64,000 bases of DNA from an uncultured delta proteobacterium (GCA_963745035.1 CAVUVW010000026.1:64001-128000), one strand, 5' to 3'. Positions 1-9,180 are shown, counted from the first letter of the stretch. Notes: generated by a model from the letters alone, not told the origin. A program made the numbers and translations.

Positions 1-146
1 GGATCGCCACCGGCCGCGTAGAGAAAGATAAAGGCTATGTCGTCGAGCTTGCGGAGTTCGCGCAGGTGTTGGGCTTCCTGCTCGCGGGCTATTTCACGAT
101 ACTCTTGGTCTTGCGGGGGAAATTGAAAAGCGCTATTAGCTTGCAT
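1..146 (-). CDS. Hypothetical protein, 5' part only (runs off window edge): MQANSAFQFPPQDQEYREIAREQEAQHLRELRKLDDIAFIFLYAAGGD...
   Basis: Manual translation; ATG at 146 preceded by RBS-like GAAAGGA; open to window edge; co-oriented with the upstream HTH gene. Confidence 0.55.
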   Translation of the reverse strand, partial: MQANSAFQFPPQDQEYREIAREQEAQHLRELRKLDDIAFIFLYAAGGD

Positions 147-211
147 CAGTTAAATCCTTTCGGAGTCGCGCTGGCGTATCCTGCCCAGGTTTCGCCACCG
201 GCCCCTAATTT

Positions 212-415
212 TTACGCCGCGTGCGGTCCTTCCGAGTCGTTTACAAAACAGTCCACACCCAAGGTCAGCTTCAACCGCTCCCGCTCTTCTGGCGTCGGGT
301 CGCGATGGCCCTGCACTATTCGACTCAATTTTGATTCCTCGATGCGTAGCGGCTTAGCCGCGCGGATCTGAGAACCAAACCGACGAATCAAAGCCATCTT
401 CAGTTCCACGTTCAT
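212..415 (-). CDS. Small Cro/XRE-like HTH DNA-binding protein
   Basis: SQIRAAKPLRIEESKLSRIVQG HTH pattern; RBS GAGAGGT; divergent from the 526-1446 gene. Confidence 0.75.
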   Translation of the reverse strand: MNVELKMALIRRFGSQIRAAKPLRIEESKLSRIVQGHRDPTPEERERLKLTLGVDCFVNDSEGPHAA

Positions 416-525
416 TTGGCTCTACCTCTCTTGGGTCAACAACAATTCTGCTATTGTATTTCTCATATGTCCCGCGTATTGTCTATAAATGCTTGGGACA
501 GAGCATAGGAGGGATTTTTCAAGAA

Positions 526-1446
526 ATGCACCATACAAACAGCGAAGAGCTGACCAACCTTGCTAATTTTTTGAATCTGAGGCTTACCCAAAACTTTGAT
601 GTGGTATCTGGGCCAACCGACCGAGCTATCAAGTTCATGCGGACCTACGGCGACTTTATCCGTACCAATGGCGATCCACTGCCCGAGCTGGTTGAGACCC
701 AACGGGAGATTGCGTTTTTTCTGAAAGCCGCTCTTCAGCCCGAGGTCTTGGTAAAATCTTATCCGCGGCGGCGAAAGTTCAAACGTAGGGGAAAGGTCCC
801 TATCGATGATTTTTCGACGAACTTCAAGGCCCAAAACGCGCAGATGGTCGCCAATTTTAAAGCCGATCCCGGCCATTTCCTTCACCCGCTTATCGAAAGA
901 ATTAATGAGGCAGAGCGCCGCGCGCAGTGGATAGCTGAAGAATCGCCGCCAGCAACGGCCTGGAATCTCTCCATCCGGGACAAGCGCTGGTCACTGAAAA
1001 GAAACCCGTACGGCGGCCCAGGGACGGTCCTTCACTGGCTCGCACGGGTTTTGGAGCAGAACGAGCTTTCAAAACTAGGGTGCTGCCATGTTTGCCGGCG
1101 GTTTTTTGTTTTGGAGCGCCACTGGCAAGTTTACTGCGGCGAGAAGTGCCGCACCAAATACAGCAACTACACTTCAGCGTTCAGAAAAGCTGACAATCGG
1201 GCAACAAAGAAGAGGGCCGAAGCTGCGAAGCGGCTTGCGAAGCAACGACAGGAGAGCAAGGACAAGCTCCTTTCCAAGTTAAAGTCGCTCGCCTTTTTAA
1301 ACCGGTTGCCCGGTGGCCCAAATCAAAAACACACCAGACAAGCCCAGCTCATCACACTCTTTGAATCGGCTAAGACCGTTGAGGCATTTAGAGCCAACTG
1401 TGATCCTAACCTCCAGCGCTTGCTAGATGCGGTGATTGAAGAATAA
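526..1446 (+). CDS. CGNR-like zinc-finger protein (phage/IME-type regulator)
   Basis: C-terminal CCHVCRRFF...YCGEKCR motif followed by a basic helix; ATG 526 preferred over the TTG at 454. Confidence 0.65.
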   Translation: MHHTNSEELTNLANFLNLRLTQNFDVVSGPTDRAIKFMRTYGDFIRTNGDPLPELVETQREIAFFLKAALQPEVLVKSYPRRRKFKRRGKVPIDDFSTNFKAQNAQMVANFKADPGHFLHPLIERINEAERRAQWIAEESPPATAWNLSIRDKRWSLKRNPYGGPGTVLHWLARVLEQNELSKLGCCHVCRRFFVLERHWQVYCGEKCRTKYSNYTSAFRKADNRATKKRAEAAKRLAKQRQESKDKLLSKLKSLAFLNRLPGGPNQKHTRQAQLITLFESAKTVEAFRANCDPNLQRLLDAVIEE

Positions 1447-1475
1447 GGATCGGAGTTCGGGCGAAAGATCGGGCC

Positions 1476-1504
1476 TTGACCTATCCCGACCATTGGTCTA
1501 TATC
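1476..1504 (+). promoter_or_regulatory. Sigma70 promoter with a palindromic operator in the spacer
   Basis: TTGACC-N17-TATATC; GACCA-T-TGGTC palindrome between the boxes; GTG start 8 nt downstream. Confidence 0.6.
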
Positions 1505-1512
1505 ACTGCTCA

Positions 1513-1686
1513 GTGAGCGCAAAAGAATTTAAGTTGCTACGTGAGCGCCGCGGCTATTCGCAAGCGGAGCTGGCGCGGCTTCTCAAGGTGACCGTGCGAA
1601 CTATTTCCCGCTGGGAAAATGGTCAGCGGAAAGTTCCGCACATTGCCATCATGGCGCTGCAAGGATTGAAACCGAAGAACAAATGA
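1513..1686 (+). CDS. XRE-family HTH regulator, 57 aa (missed by the ORF track)
   Basis: MSAKEFKLLRERRGYSQAELARLLKVTVRTISRWENGQRKVP... is a textbook HTH_3 pattern. Confidence 0.85.
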   Translation: MSAKEFKLLRERRGYSQAELARLLKVTVRTISRWENGQRKVPHIAIMALQGLKPKNK

Positions 1687-1787
1687 CAGGCCGAAATTAA
1701 AGCGGCCGGCTCTTGCAAACCTTCCATGACGTGCGGTAAGCGCCTGCGGCGAGATTCACGAGACGAACCTGCGGGTCAGTCCAACTC

Positions 1788-2639
1788 TTACGCTTCGAAT
1801 GGGATTCCCGGTGACTTTTTTCTTATAGTGTAATCGAAAGACGCTATCAGTCGATTGGTGTTTTCACACTCGGCTGCCTTGTGATAACAGCTCGGTTCCT
1901 CAGCGAAAATAGTTCCCCTTCTGCCCAGAATGGTCTCCATCCTGTTGCCGTACAGTTGGCTCGCAACATCATCGCTGAGCCACAAGTTGCTGATCTCCTT
2001 GAGCGACTTGCGCTTGTGTGTTCCTCGTATAAACAAATGGGGTCCTGAATCTAAGTTAACGTCGGTGAGGTATATGAAAATCGTCAGAGATTTGAAGTCA
2101 TGGCTGTCATAATGGAAATCGTGATAGTTGTAGCCGACCATCCTGCGCCTGAGTTCCCGATTGCTGTTCCGAATATCCTCCCGGCTAAATGTCCACCGTA
2201 GTTGCGTCGTGCCCAACTGCGGCTCGGCCCCAATGTATTTTCGCGCGATTGCCAGGAAAGTTTTGTTTCGCGAGAGGCGATCGATGACGCCACAAGTGAG
2301 GTGTGGATTCCAGTAAGAAATTCGATTGTGCTCCGCACAGTAGGCGAGGATTTGGTCGGTGTACTGGGCTGGGAGGCACCCGATCTTTGCCGCGCCGTTT
2401 TTCTCGATCTCGGCAACGATCTGGTCTATGTCGATTTGGGCAAACTCTGGATGTGTCTCCGCTTGCAGTGGCTTAGACCTACTTAATGTTCGATAAAAAC
2501 CAAGTAGAGGTCTCTGCAGTGGGCCGAACATTATCATGGCGCGAGTTGTCCGAGCCCATCGGAGTAACCGGGGATCGTTTCGAATATACTGTTTCAGCCA
2601 CTGCATGTGTTCGAGCCGGGTGTCTTGCCCTACAATCAT
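1788..2639 (-). CDS. Phytanoyl-CoA dioxygenase-like Fe(II)/2OG oxygenase
   Basis: HYD (HxD) facial-triad motif, IYLTDV..SGPH..IRGTH, distal H in CYHKA. Confidence 0.75.
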   Translation of the reverse strand: MIVGQDTRLEHMQWLKQYIRNDPRLLRWARTTRAMIMFGPLQRPLLGFYRTLSRSKPLQAETHPEFAQIDIDQIVAEIEKNGAAKIGCLPAQYTDQILAYCAEHNRISYWNPHLTCGVIDRLSRNKTFLAIARKYIGAEPQLGTTQLRWTFSREDIRNSNRELRRRMVGYNYHDFHYDSHDFKSLTIFIYLTDVNLDSGPHLFIRGTHKRKSLKEISNLWLSDDVASQLYGNRMETILGRRGTIFAEEPSCYHKAAECENTNRLIASFDYTIRKKSPGIPFEA

Positions 2640-2954
2640 GCAGGGGTTGAGCTTTTGTATGTCCAGTTAGCCATTCAAATAACCTCCAGCCGGACGCGCT
2701 GTAGAGCACGGATTATGCCGGGGCGTTTTGGAGGAACTACGAGAATCTATGGAAACGAAGTATTCGCAGGAGCGGCGGCATTTATGCCCGGCGTGGTAAC
2801 AGGCAGAGGAAACTCAGGCGAGGATCTCTTGCCGTAAAGGTGGAAAGCGCGCATTCAAACAGTCATCCGCGGGCATAGGGATTGTTTTAAATCGCGAATG
2901 CGATAGAAGCGCATCTTGGAGGGTCAAACGATGGCCAGTAGCAAAAAAGGTGAA

Positions 2955-3137
2955 CTAGCTCTGCTTTTTCTGCTCGTCTTTCCAAGCCTTCCTGCGCTCG
3001 AACTCGATGTTTACCATTGTGCAGCCGTGGCCGCGGTTTAAGATCTCGTAGACCGTGAGTTTCATAAATTTGGACATGCTATCGACCAGCTTGACAGCTT
3101 CGTCCTCTTTATCTTTGAGGTGGACCGGGGCGATCAT
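2955..3137 (-). CDS. Small hypothetical protein
   Basis: 60-aa ORF with protein-like composition. Confidence 0.4.
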   Translation of the reverse strand: MIAPVHLKDKEDEAVKLVDSMSKFMKLTVYEILNRGHGCTMVNIEFERRKAWKDEQKKQS

Positions 3138-3363
3138 CTAACTTTCTTTTCATCCACTGGATACTAAACACACGGTTTCCAATGCCTTAACCGCTGAAGA
3201 AGATTTGCAACGAATACGCCAGCACCCTGAAGTGGGCCACGACTACCACTGGCGCCAAAGATTGGCGGTAACGCCGGAGTTTAAATGCCCGAAAAAAGAA
3301 AGTGATTATCCTATACGGGCGCGCGGTGCGATCGGCGCCCGGTTCTGCTATTTAGGGGCGGTC

Positions 3364-3636
3364 ATGACAGAGGAGAAACCACTCACAGAACAGGAGAAGC
3401 GCTATCTCGGCGCGCTGAAATTATTTATGGAGAGCAGCGAGGATCCGAAGCATCACGACGCTGGCAAAGTGCTCGACGAAATGTCAGCGGAAGAGCAACG
3501 CCGCATCATCGCTACATATCATTTTGGCCTGGAAAATCCGCAGGCGTTTTTGCTCGCTAACAAAATCATGGGTTGGATCTCGCCAATACTTCACCCTTGG
3601 AAGACTATTAGGGATATCCTTCGCAATTTTTTATAA
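3364..3636 (+). CDS. Hypothetical protein
   Basis: ATG after AGGGGCGG; helical charged sequence. Confidence 0.5.
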   Translation: MTEEKPLTEQEKRYLGALKLFMESSEDPKHHDAGKVLDEMSAEEQRRIIATYHFGLENPQAFLLANKIMGWISPILHPWKTIRDILRNFL

Positions 3637-3656
3637 TTACCAAAGCGGGCGCGAAT

Positions 3657-3926
3657 CACCGCACCCGCCGCACATCGTAGCCAGTGTTAATGCCCTTGAA
3701 CTCATTTTTTTCCTGGGAACATTTGGGATTCGAGCCTAACGCATTCTTCGCAAACGCGCTCGCCGGCGGGGAGCTGTCCAAACTGGACCTGAATATAATT
3801 TGTCTCCGGCCAACCCGGACATTTAGTATGGAAGTGCCAGCGGGAACCGTCTTTGCGCTTACGGTAAACTACGATCATCTTTTAATTTTATCTCGACTGA
3901 AGACCGGTGCAAAGTTTTTTTCCACG
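3657..3926. repeat. ~270-bp direct duplication (partner ~5630-5899)
   Basis: Visibly near-identical sequence from caccgcacc to tttttccacg at both loci. Confidence 0.9.
3702..3878 (-). CDS. Small His/Cys metal-binding protein, 58 aa, copy 1 (MIVVYRKRKDGSRWHFHTKCPGWP...RVCEEC...)
   Basis: Manual translation; frame conserved in the duplicate at 5675-5851; missed by the ORF track. Confidence 0.75.
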   Translation of the reverse strand: MIVVYRKRKDGSRWHFHTKCPGWPETNYIQVQFGQLPAGERVCEECVRLESQMFPGKK

Positions 3927-4006
3927 GGTCGCGAGGAGCCGGCGAGTAGAATCCGGAAGGGTGAAGAGCACGCACAGCAACACGCATCTTAGATGCTTAA
4001 CTGGCG

Positions 4007-4228
4007 TTATCTCCGCCCGTCAACCCAATTTATGGCAAACCGCAGAGCTTCTTTTTCCGCTTCCTCGTAAGTGCCAAAGTTTTCAGCGAAGTGCCATCCC
4101 ATCCAAAGCCTAACGCGTTCCTTGCCGTCCTCGTTCCAGTTAACTTGCGCAATGGGTTTAAATCCGATGGCGTTCCGAAGTGCTGCAGCAGTCGCCCGGA
4201 TTAGATATTGTTTGTAAACTTCTTCCAT
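4007..4228 (-). CDS. Small hypothetical protein
   Basis: 73-aa ORF ending in a F.TYEEAEKEAL.FA..WVD helix motif. Confidence 0.6.
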   Translation of the reverse strand: MEEVYKQYLIRATAAALRNAIGFKPIAQVNWNEDGKERVRLWMGWHFAENFGTYEEAEKEALRFAINWVDGRR

Positions 4229-4583
4229 TCTTTTTCTATAATCCGGAGCTCTTACAGATTCTGTCCAATAGTGAACCCTTTTTCACTAGCACTGTTGCGT
4301 TAACGCTTTATGTTGAGATAGAAGCGCGGATATGGCGACAGTCGAAGAAGCAAACCGCCTTGCCAAACTCTACAAAGATCATACGGGCAGCGCTTCTTGT
4401 TTTTTTGGAAAACAAAGATGCGGTGTCCTCAGCGGTGTAGAGTAATCGTGTGAGTTTCCGGCAAGCGCTCCGCTGGATCATCATCGCGGTGCTAGCCGTC
4501 GTTCTGTGGGCGGTTTATCTCTACTCCTAGCCGACATACCCACAGCAAACCTCACCCACGGGCAATAGCGTCAGTACGGATCT

Positions 4584-4738
4584 CTAACTTTTCGGGAACA
4601 TGGCCGCGTCGAGCTTTGCGCATTCGTCGCAGATGCGCTCATCTTCAGCGAGAACTATAAATCGCACTTGGATGTAATCTGATTCAGGCCAGCGCGAGCA
4701 TTGCCGTATGGAAACCGACAACGGGAGGGCGCACCATG
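4584..4738 (-). pseudogene. Degenerate third copy of the small His/Cys protein
   Basis: ...FHT/QCSRWPESDYIQVRFIVLAEDERICDECAKLDAAMFPKS* with a frameshift near 4705. Confidence 0.7.
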
Positions 4739-4877
4739 AAAATCTTCTGCAAAGCTGTCCTAGCCGGCCTTACATTTCTGCTGTGTTTTTATTCAACAAC
4801 GATTGCGATGAGCGTCATGTCCGCCCTGGACTCGGCACCGCTGGCGTTTTGAATCGTTGTGAATGGGTACGAACCGG

Positions 4878-5027
4878 CTACTCGCCGTCCCGCGGTTTTG
4901 GTTTGCTGACTGTTTCGAGAACCTTCTGGATTTCGAGGATTACTTTTTCCTGTTTCTCTGAAAGCTTTTTGGACTGCTCTAACAGCCTGCGACTACTTTT
5001 TAACAGTTTCTTTACTTCCTTCGGCAT
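4878..5027 (-). CDS. Small coiled-coil protein, 49 aa
   Basis: MPKEVKKLLKSSRRLLEQSKKLSEKQEKVILEIQKVLETVSKPKPRDGE*. Confidence 0.45.
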   Translation of the reverse strand: MPKEVKKLLKSSRRLLEQSKKLSEKQEKVILEIQKVLETVSKPKPRDGE

Positions 5028-5093
5028 TCGGACATGATACTATCTCGGGTTTGGTCAGCCAAGTCTCTTACGCGCGGAAGGGACAATAAAGCT

Positions 5094-5273
5094 ATGGACC
5101 GGGGGATATGGACATTGAGATGCCAGAAGTGCCGGGAGACGTTCGAGGTTGAATTGAAGCCCGGCGAAAGAATCATCCAATACGCCAGAGAAGCAGCTTG
5201 CCCACACTGCCAGAATAAGCCAGACGGTGAAACCGTGCCTTGGCACCATATCACCACTTTCAAAAATACTTAG
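5094..5273 (+). CDS. Small zinc-ribbon protein
   Basis: CQKC...CPHC pairs. Confidence 0.65.
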   Translation: MDRGIWTLRCQKCRETFEVELKPGERIIQYAREAACPHCQNKPDGETVPWHHITTFKNT

Positions 5274-5345
5274 AACCGAATCCACTTGAATCAAGCCATG
5301 AAGCGCTTCCGCTTATCTGGCGGACCGCGTGAAAGGTAAAAGACG

Positions 5346-5621
5346 ATGAAACTTGGCGAGCAACCTTGGTGGCCGAGAAAATGGAGAAGGCCACCAATGT
5401 ACGAAAATATTCCGGCCGAGGAGATCAGAAAAGACGGCATTTTTGTAGACTGCGACCTATTTCCGAGCGATCTCATGATCCGGGTTAATTACAAGGGCAT
5501 GGATGTTAGCGGCCGGATCGCTAGTGGGAATTTGAATGCACCCGCAAATCTACAGCTTATGGATCTCCTTTCCGACTACACCGGAAGTTCAATGCAAAGT
5601 ATCGAGGATCTGGTATTTTGA
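5346..5621 (+). CDS. Hypothetical protein (WPxxW family, related to the 35468-36202 genes)
   Basis: RBS GAAAGGT; WWPRKW and a C-terminal S...IEDL motif resemble the paralogs. Confidence 0.6.
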   Translation: MKLGEQPWWPRKWRRPPMYENIPAEEIRKDGIFVDCDLFPSDLMIRVNYKGMDVSGRIASGNLNAPANLQLMDLLSDYTGSSMQSIEDLVF

Positions 5622-5674
5622 CTCACGGTCACCGCACCTGCCGCACATCGTAGCCGGGGTTAATGCCCTTGAAG

Positions 5675-5851
5675 TCATTTTTTCCCCGGGAACATTTGGG
5701 ATTCAAGCCTGACGCATTCTTCACAAACGCGCTCGCCGGCGGTGAGCTGTCCAGACTGGACCTGAATATAATTAGTCTCCGGCCAACCCGGACATGCAGT
5801 ATGGAAGTGCCAGCGGGAGCCGTCTTTGCGCTTGCGGTAAACGACGATCAT
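5675..5851 (-). CDS. Small His/Cys metal-binding protein, 58 aa, copy 2
   Basis: Same length as 3702-3878 and nearly identical translation. Confidence 0.75.
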   Translation of the reverse strand: MIVVYRKRKDGSRWHFHTACPGWPETNYIQVQSGQLTAGERVCEECVRLESQMFPGKK

Positions 5852-5997
5852 CTTTTCATCTTATCCCGCTTGAAGATCGGTTCAAAGTTTTTTTCCACGA
5901 GAGCCGGCGAGTCGAAATCCGGAACGTGAAAAACAGGCACGGCAAAACACACGCGCGGGTTTGACTGGTTTTTCTCCGGACGCTGGGATAGAAGCTG

Positions 5998-6198
5998 ATG
6001 ATGGATAAAAAATTGGAAGGGCTTCAGCAGGACATCGAAACCCTGCTTCAACAGTTCACAAATGAGACCGGCCAAGTTGTTCTAAAAATTGACGTCAGTA
6101 ACAGCGATGTGCAGGCCAATAACATCAAGGTAAGCCGAGTTCGATACGCTGCCAAGGTTGTCTTGAAGGGAGATATTGGCCTGCCTGCCACATCATGA
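5998..6198 (+). CDS. Small hypothetical protein
   Basis: 66-aa ORF, helix then strands. Confidence 0.5.
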   Translation: MMDKKLEGLQQDIETLLQQFTNETGQVVLKIDVSNSDVQANNIKVSRVRYAAKVVLKGDIGLPATS

Positions 6199-6389
6199 AG
6201 AGCACGCACAGCCACTCACATCCGCGGGCTTAAAGCCGGGCGGCATCCTTGAGGTTGCGCCCGCTAACGCCTCCATCAGTGTAGTCGAACCTGTCTCACC
6301 TTTGAAACAGCGCCCCGCTATCAATCCCAAATTTCAGAGGTACATGGGAAAAATTTAGAGATTTTATTAGCTGGCCTTCGCCTTCCCAG

Positions 6390-6404
6390 TGGCACGTATA
6401 CTGC
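6390..6404 (+). promoter_or_regulatory. Sigma54-type -24/-12 promoter
   Basis: TGGCACG-TATA-CTGC (GG-N10-GC) 35 nt upstream of the 6440 ATG. Confidence 0.55.
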
Positions 6405-6439
6405 GTTGCTATCGGTAGTCCGCCTCATTGTGAGGCATT

Positions 6440-6952
6440 ATGGTACACGCCAGCTCACTAAGAGTTATCGGTCAGGCATTAGAAGTGGCCGACGTTTGTG
6501 CTTTCGAACTTGAGAAACACGGCCAATACTATGTCGTCTGGAGCGATTCGCTGGCAAATACAGAAAAGTGGATTTCTGACTTGGCGCTCACTGCGGATTG
6601 TTGTGCCGCAGGCGCTCGGCAGGACAAGGCAAACTGCTCTTTGTGTTTCAGCCGGTCCGATATAATTCGTCTGGATCATAAGGCCAGTAAACGTAGGCAC
6701 AGCGCGTCATCATCCCATACCCAGGGCAACAAGCTTCCTCAATTACTGCGTACCGTGGGCGAACACCTAGACCGGAATGCAGTTGGTGCATTTCGTCTTT
6801 CTTGGACGCCGGAGGACGCAAGAGTTTCGATCCTACCTACCAATGACTTAATGCTTGAAAAAATAACATTCACCCAAGAGAAGCTTCGGCAGCTCTCGTT
6901 GCATACTCGACTCCGACGATCAAAGCCGCACGGTCTCCAGTTAATCCACTAA
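6440..6952 (+). CDS. Hypothetical protein with an internal LRxIG..L(E/D) repeat; paralog of 21036-21575
   Basis: SLRVIGQALE...FEL...SDIIRLD...LRTVGEHLD...F.LSW shared with the paralog. Confidence 0.7.
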   Translation: MVHASSLRVIGQALEVADVCAFELEKHGQYYVVWSDSLANTEKWISDLALTADCCAAGARQDKANCSLCFSRSDIIRLDHKASKRRHSASSSHTQGNKLPQLLRTVGEHLDRNAVGAFRLSWTPEDARVSILPTNDLMLEKITFTQEKLRQLSLHTRLRRSKPHGLQLIH

Positions 6953-7069
6953 AATGAGCTTTGCGGCACGCTACGTCACCGCCAGCTTACGGGCTTTCTC
7001 GAGCGAGCCGAAGCCGTCGGCGTGACGAAGATGCGGGCCGCCCTGACGGAGCGGCCGTCGCCGATGCTC

Positions 7070-7699
7070 TCAAAGATACTGGGCTAACTTTGCCAATCCC
7101 TTGATGAGAATCGGATGATTCCCGAGCCCGGTGCGCTCAAGCTCTTTTGTTAGCCGCGCGACTTCTTCGGGTGTGCCGAATGATTCGAGCACCTCGCGCG
7201 CCTGGGATAGCGTCTCATCACTGTTCGCGCCGCCGAACTCCGGATCGTTTTGAAATTCCTGTTTCCAGCTCATCACTTCGTCGTAACGCTTCTCGCCGAT
7301 CTCTTGGTATTCGGCAACCTGCCGGGCAGAGTCTCCAATGGCGCGCAAATGCAGATCGGCAAAGCGCTGCATCTGCTCAGCCGTGAAACCGTGCTCACGG
7401 CCAAGCTTGGTGAAGTCGCGCATCAAACCGTCGTCGACAATGGCGCCGTCGGGAAGCTTCAAATCGTAGAGATCCGCGGCGGCGGCATCCTCGGCCAGCT
7501 TATTAAGGTAATTTTTGCCGTCGGCCTTGTCGCTCGGCTCAGCCTTCGGCGCTTCCTTCGTGTTTTCCTTGGCCGGTTCCTTCCCGTACAGCACTTCCGC
7601 TAAAGGCCGCTCTGCGCTGCCTGACTTGCTTGCCGGCGCGCTCTCCGTGGTCTGCGACGGATACAGTACATCCGCCGCGCTTCGTTCTGATGTTTCCAT
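7070..7699 (-). CDS. Phage head scaffold-like protein (BPP-1/epsilon15-type podophage)
   Basis: Strong RBS AGGAGGT; YDLKLPDG...W......DPEFGG...TGLGNHP.LIK pattern; near the cement gene. Confidence 0.65.
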   Translation of the reverse strand: METSERSAADVLYPSQTTESAPASKSGSAERPLAEVLYGKEPAKENTKEAPKAEPSDKADGKNYLNKLAEDAAAADLYDLKLPDGAIVDDGLMRDFTKLGREHGFTAEQMQRFADLHLRAIGDSARQVAEYQEIGEKRYDEVMSWKQEFQNDPEFGGANSDETLSQAREVLESFGTPEEVARLTKELERTGLGNHPILIKGLAKLAQYL

Positions 7700-7701
7700 G
7701 C

Positions 7702-7914
7702 CTACCTCCTCGCCGGATCGTTTATCGCGTTCGGCAGCGCGCAATTCGAGTAACAGAATGACGGAAAAGTCGACGAGCCTTGGCTCCTGAACCTCGTCAT
7801 CAGACAATCGTCCTTATGCTTGCAACCCTCCGGTGGCTGCGTTCGCGGCTGCACGCCCGCAATAATTTCATCGTCACGCTTGTGCTGCTCCCGGTAGATT
7901 TCTGATTGATCCAT
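7702..7914 (-). CDS. Small hypothetical phage protein
   Basis: RBS AAGGAG; fills the gap between the cement and scaffold genes. Confidence 0.55.
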   Translation of the reverse strand: MDQSEIYREQHKRDDEIIAGVQPRTQPPEGCKHKDDCLMTRFRSQGSSTFPSFCYSNCALPNAINDPARR

Positions 7915-7953
7915 GTTTCGTTTTCTCCTTCTTGGTTGTGGGTTAGTAATCGG

Positions 7954-8391
7954 TCACATAGCCACGAAATTTTTCGGGTAAGTGTGTGATAGCTGCGTAT
8001 CAGCCGCGATCCTCGCCGAGACCTTTCCGGCGGTCATCGGACCGGTAGTCACCGTGTAAACCAACCCGAGATAGCGCTGGATCGTACGCTCTGGAACTTG
8101 AAGCACGATTGGCGTTCGGCCTACGGCTAAATCGGCGAGAGTGAGCGTCACCCGAGCCAGAAGCGTCGGCGTATCCAGAGACTCATTATCGGCCGTCGCT
8201 GTGGCTATCTGGAGTGTTGCCGCACCGTCGGCGGTGAAGCTCTCGGTCACGATGACCACAACATCTAGTATATCGACCGCGGACCCGCGAATATTCGGTG
8301 CGACGACACCGAGGTCGATCACGTTGGTAGAGTCCCGCGTCACGGTGATTGCCGCGTTTTCATCGAAGCTATTTTGTTTGTCGAAGATCAT
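7954..8391 (-). CDS. Bbp16-family capsid cement/decoration protein
   Basis: MIFDKQNSF...DSTNVIDLG...QRYLGLVYTVTTGPMTAGKVSA matches the BPP-1 Bbp16 pattern. Confidence 0.8.
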   Translation of the reverse strand: MIFDKQNSFDENAAITVTRDSTNVIDLGVVAPNIRGSAVDILDVVVIVTESFTADGAATLQIATATADNESLDTPTLLARVTLTLADLAVGRTPIVLQVPERTIQRYLGLVYTVTTGPMTAGKVSARIAADTQLSHTYPKNFVAM

Positions 8392-8452
8392 TTTTCCCTC
8401 TTTGGTTGTGGGTTAATAGGCGGTCGCTTCGGTTTGATACTTAGCTATGCAA

Positions 8453-8641
8453 TCACCACCCTTCGCGATACGGGTCGTATTCGCTGACAACGTTTTCCAA
8501 TTCCCGCACCCGGGTAAAAGCCACGATTTTTGCTGGCTCAGGCGGCCGTAAACCGCACACCCAAAAGCAGTACGGGTCCATCCCAACGCGACGGTTAACT
8601 ACTCTGCCCATCGGGCACTTCTCGGCTTTGCACTCAGCCAT
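8453..8641 (-). CDS. Small Cys-containing protein, 62 aa, ending EYDPYREGW
   Basis: ATG overlaps the end of the terminase gene. Confidence 0.5.
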   Translation of the reverse strand: MAECKAEKCPMGRVVNRRVGMDPYCFWVCGLRPPEPAKIVAFTRVRELENVVSEYDPYREGW

Positions 8642-9180
8642 TGAGTCTCCGCTCTTGCTCCTTGGCTCTTTCAAACGGGTCGTAGTCGGTTTGGACTTTC
8701 CCGACACCGCTAAGCCCGTGATGGTGTTGGGTGTAGAGCTGGCGGAGATACCACTCGATTGTGTTCTCAATATCCAGCGGGTTCTCCGGCGTCGGCTTCC
8801 AGATTTTATGGCTCACCAGCCACAACTTATCCGCCTCTTTATCCCACGCCACGGCAACCACGGCTGCGCAGTCATGCTTGATGCCGGCATCCACGCCGAC
8901 GAAAAGCCCGGTTGTCTTGCCGCGCTCGATTGCGGCACAGCACGCCATCGCCAGCGCAACAATGGCGTCAATTTTCTTCGATGCCTTTTCCTTCGCGATC
9001 CTCCAGCCGCGGGGATGCTCGACGGCAATCGTGCTTAGCGCCTGGCTCCGTAGATCATCGGCCGGATACATCACCAGATTGCGACCGTTGAGACTTGTAT
9101 GATGGATGTCGGCTCTGAACCGGGAGTGCTCTGCTACAATGCCCGAAACGCCAAAGGCATTGTGCAAGGAGGCACTCAGC

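Noticed and set aside
3684-5929. Plus-strand ORFs 3684-3992 and 5663-5929 as genes
   Set aside because: Antisense shadows of the conserved minus-strand 58-aa protein.
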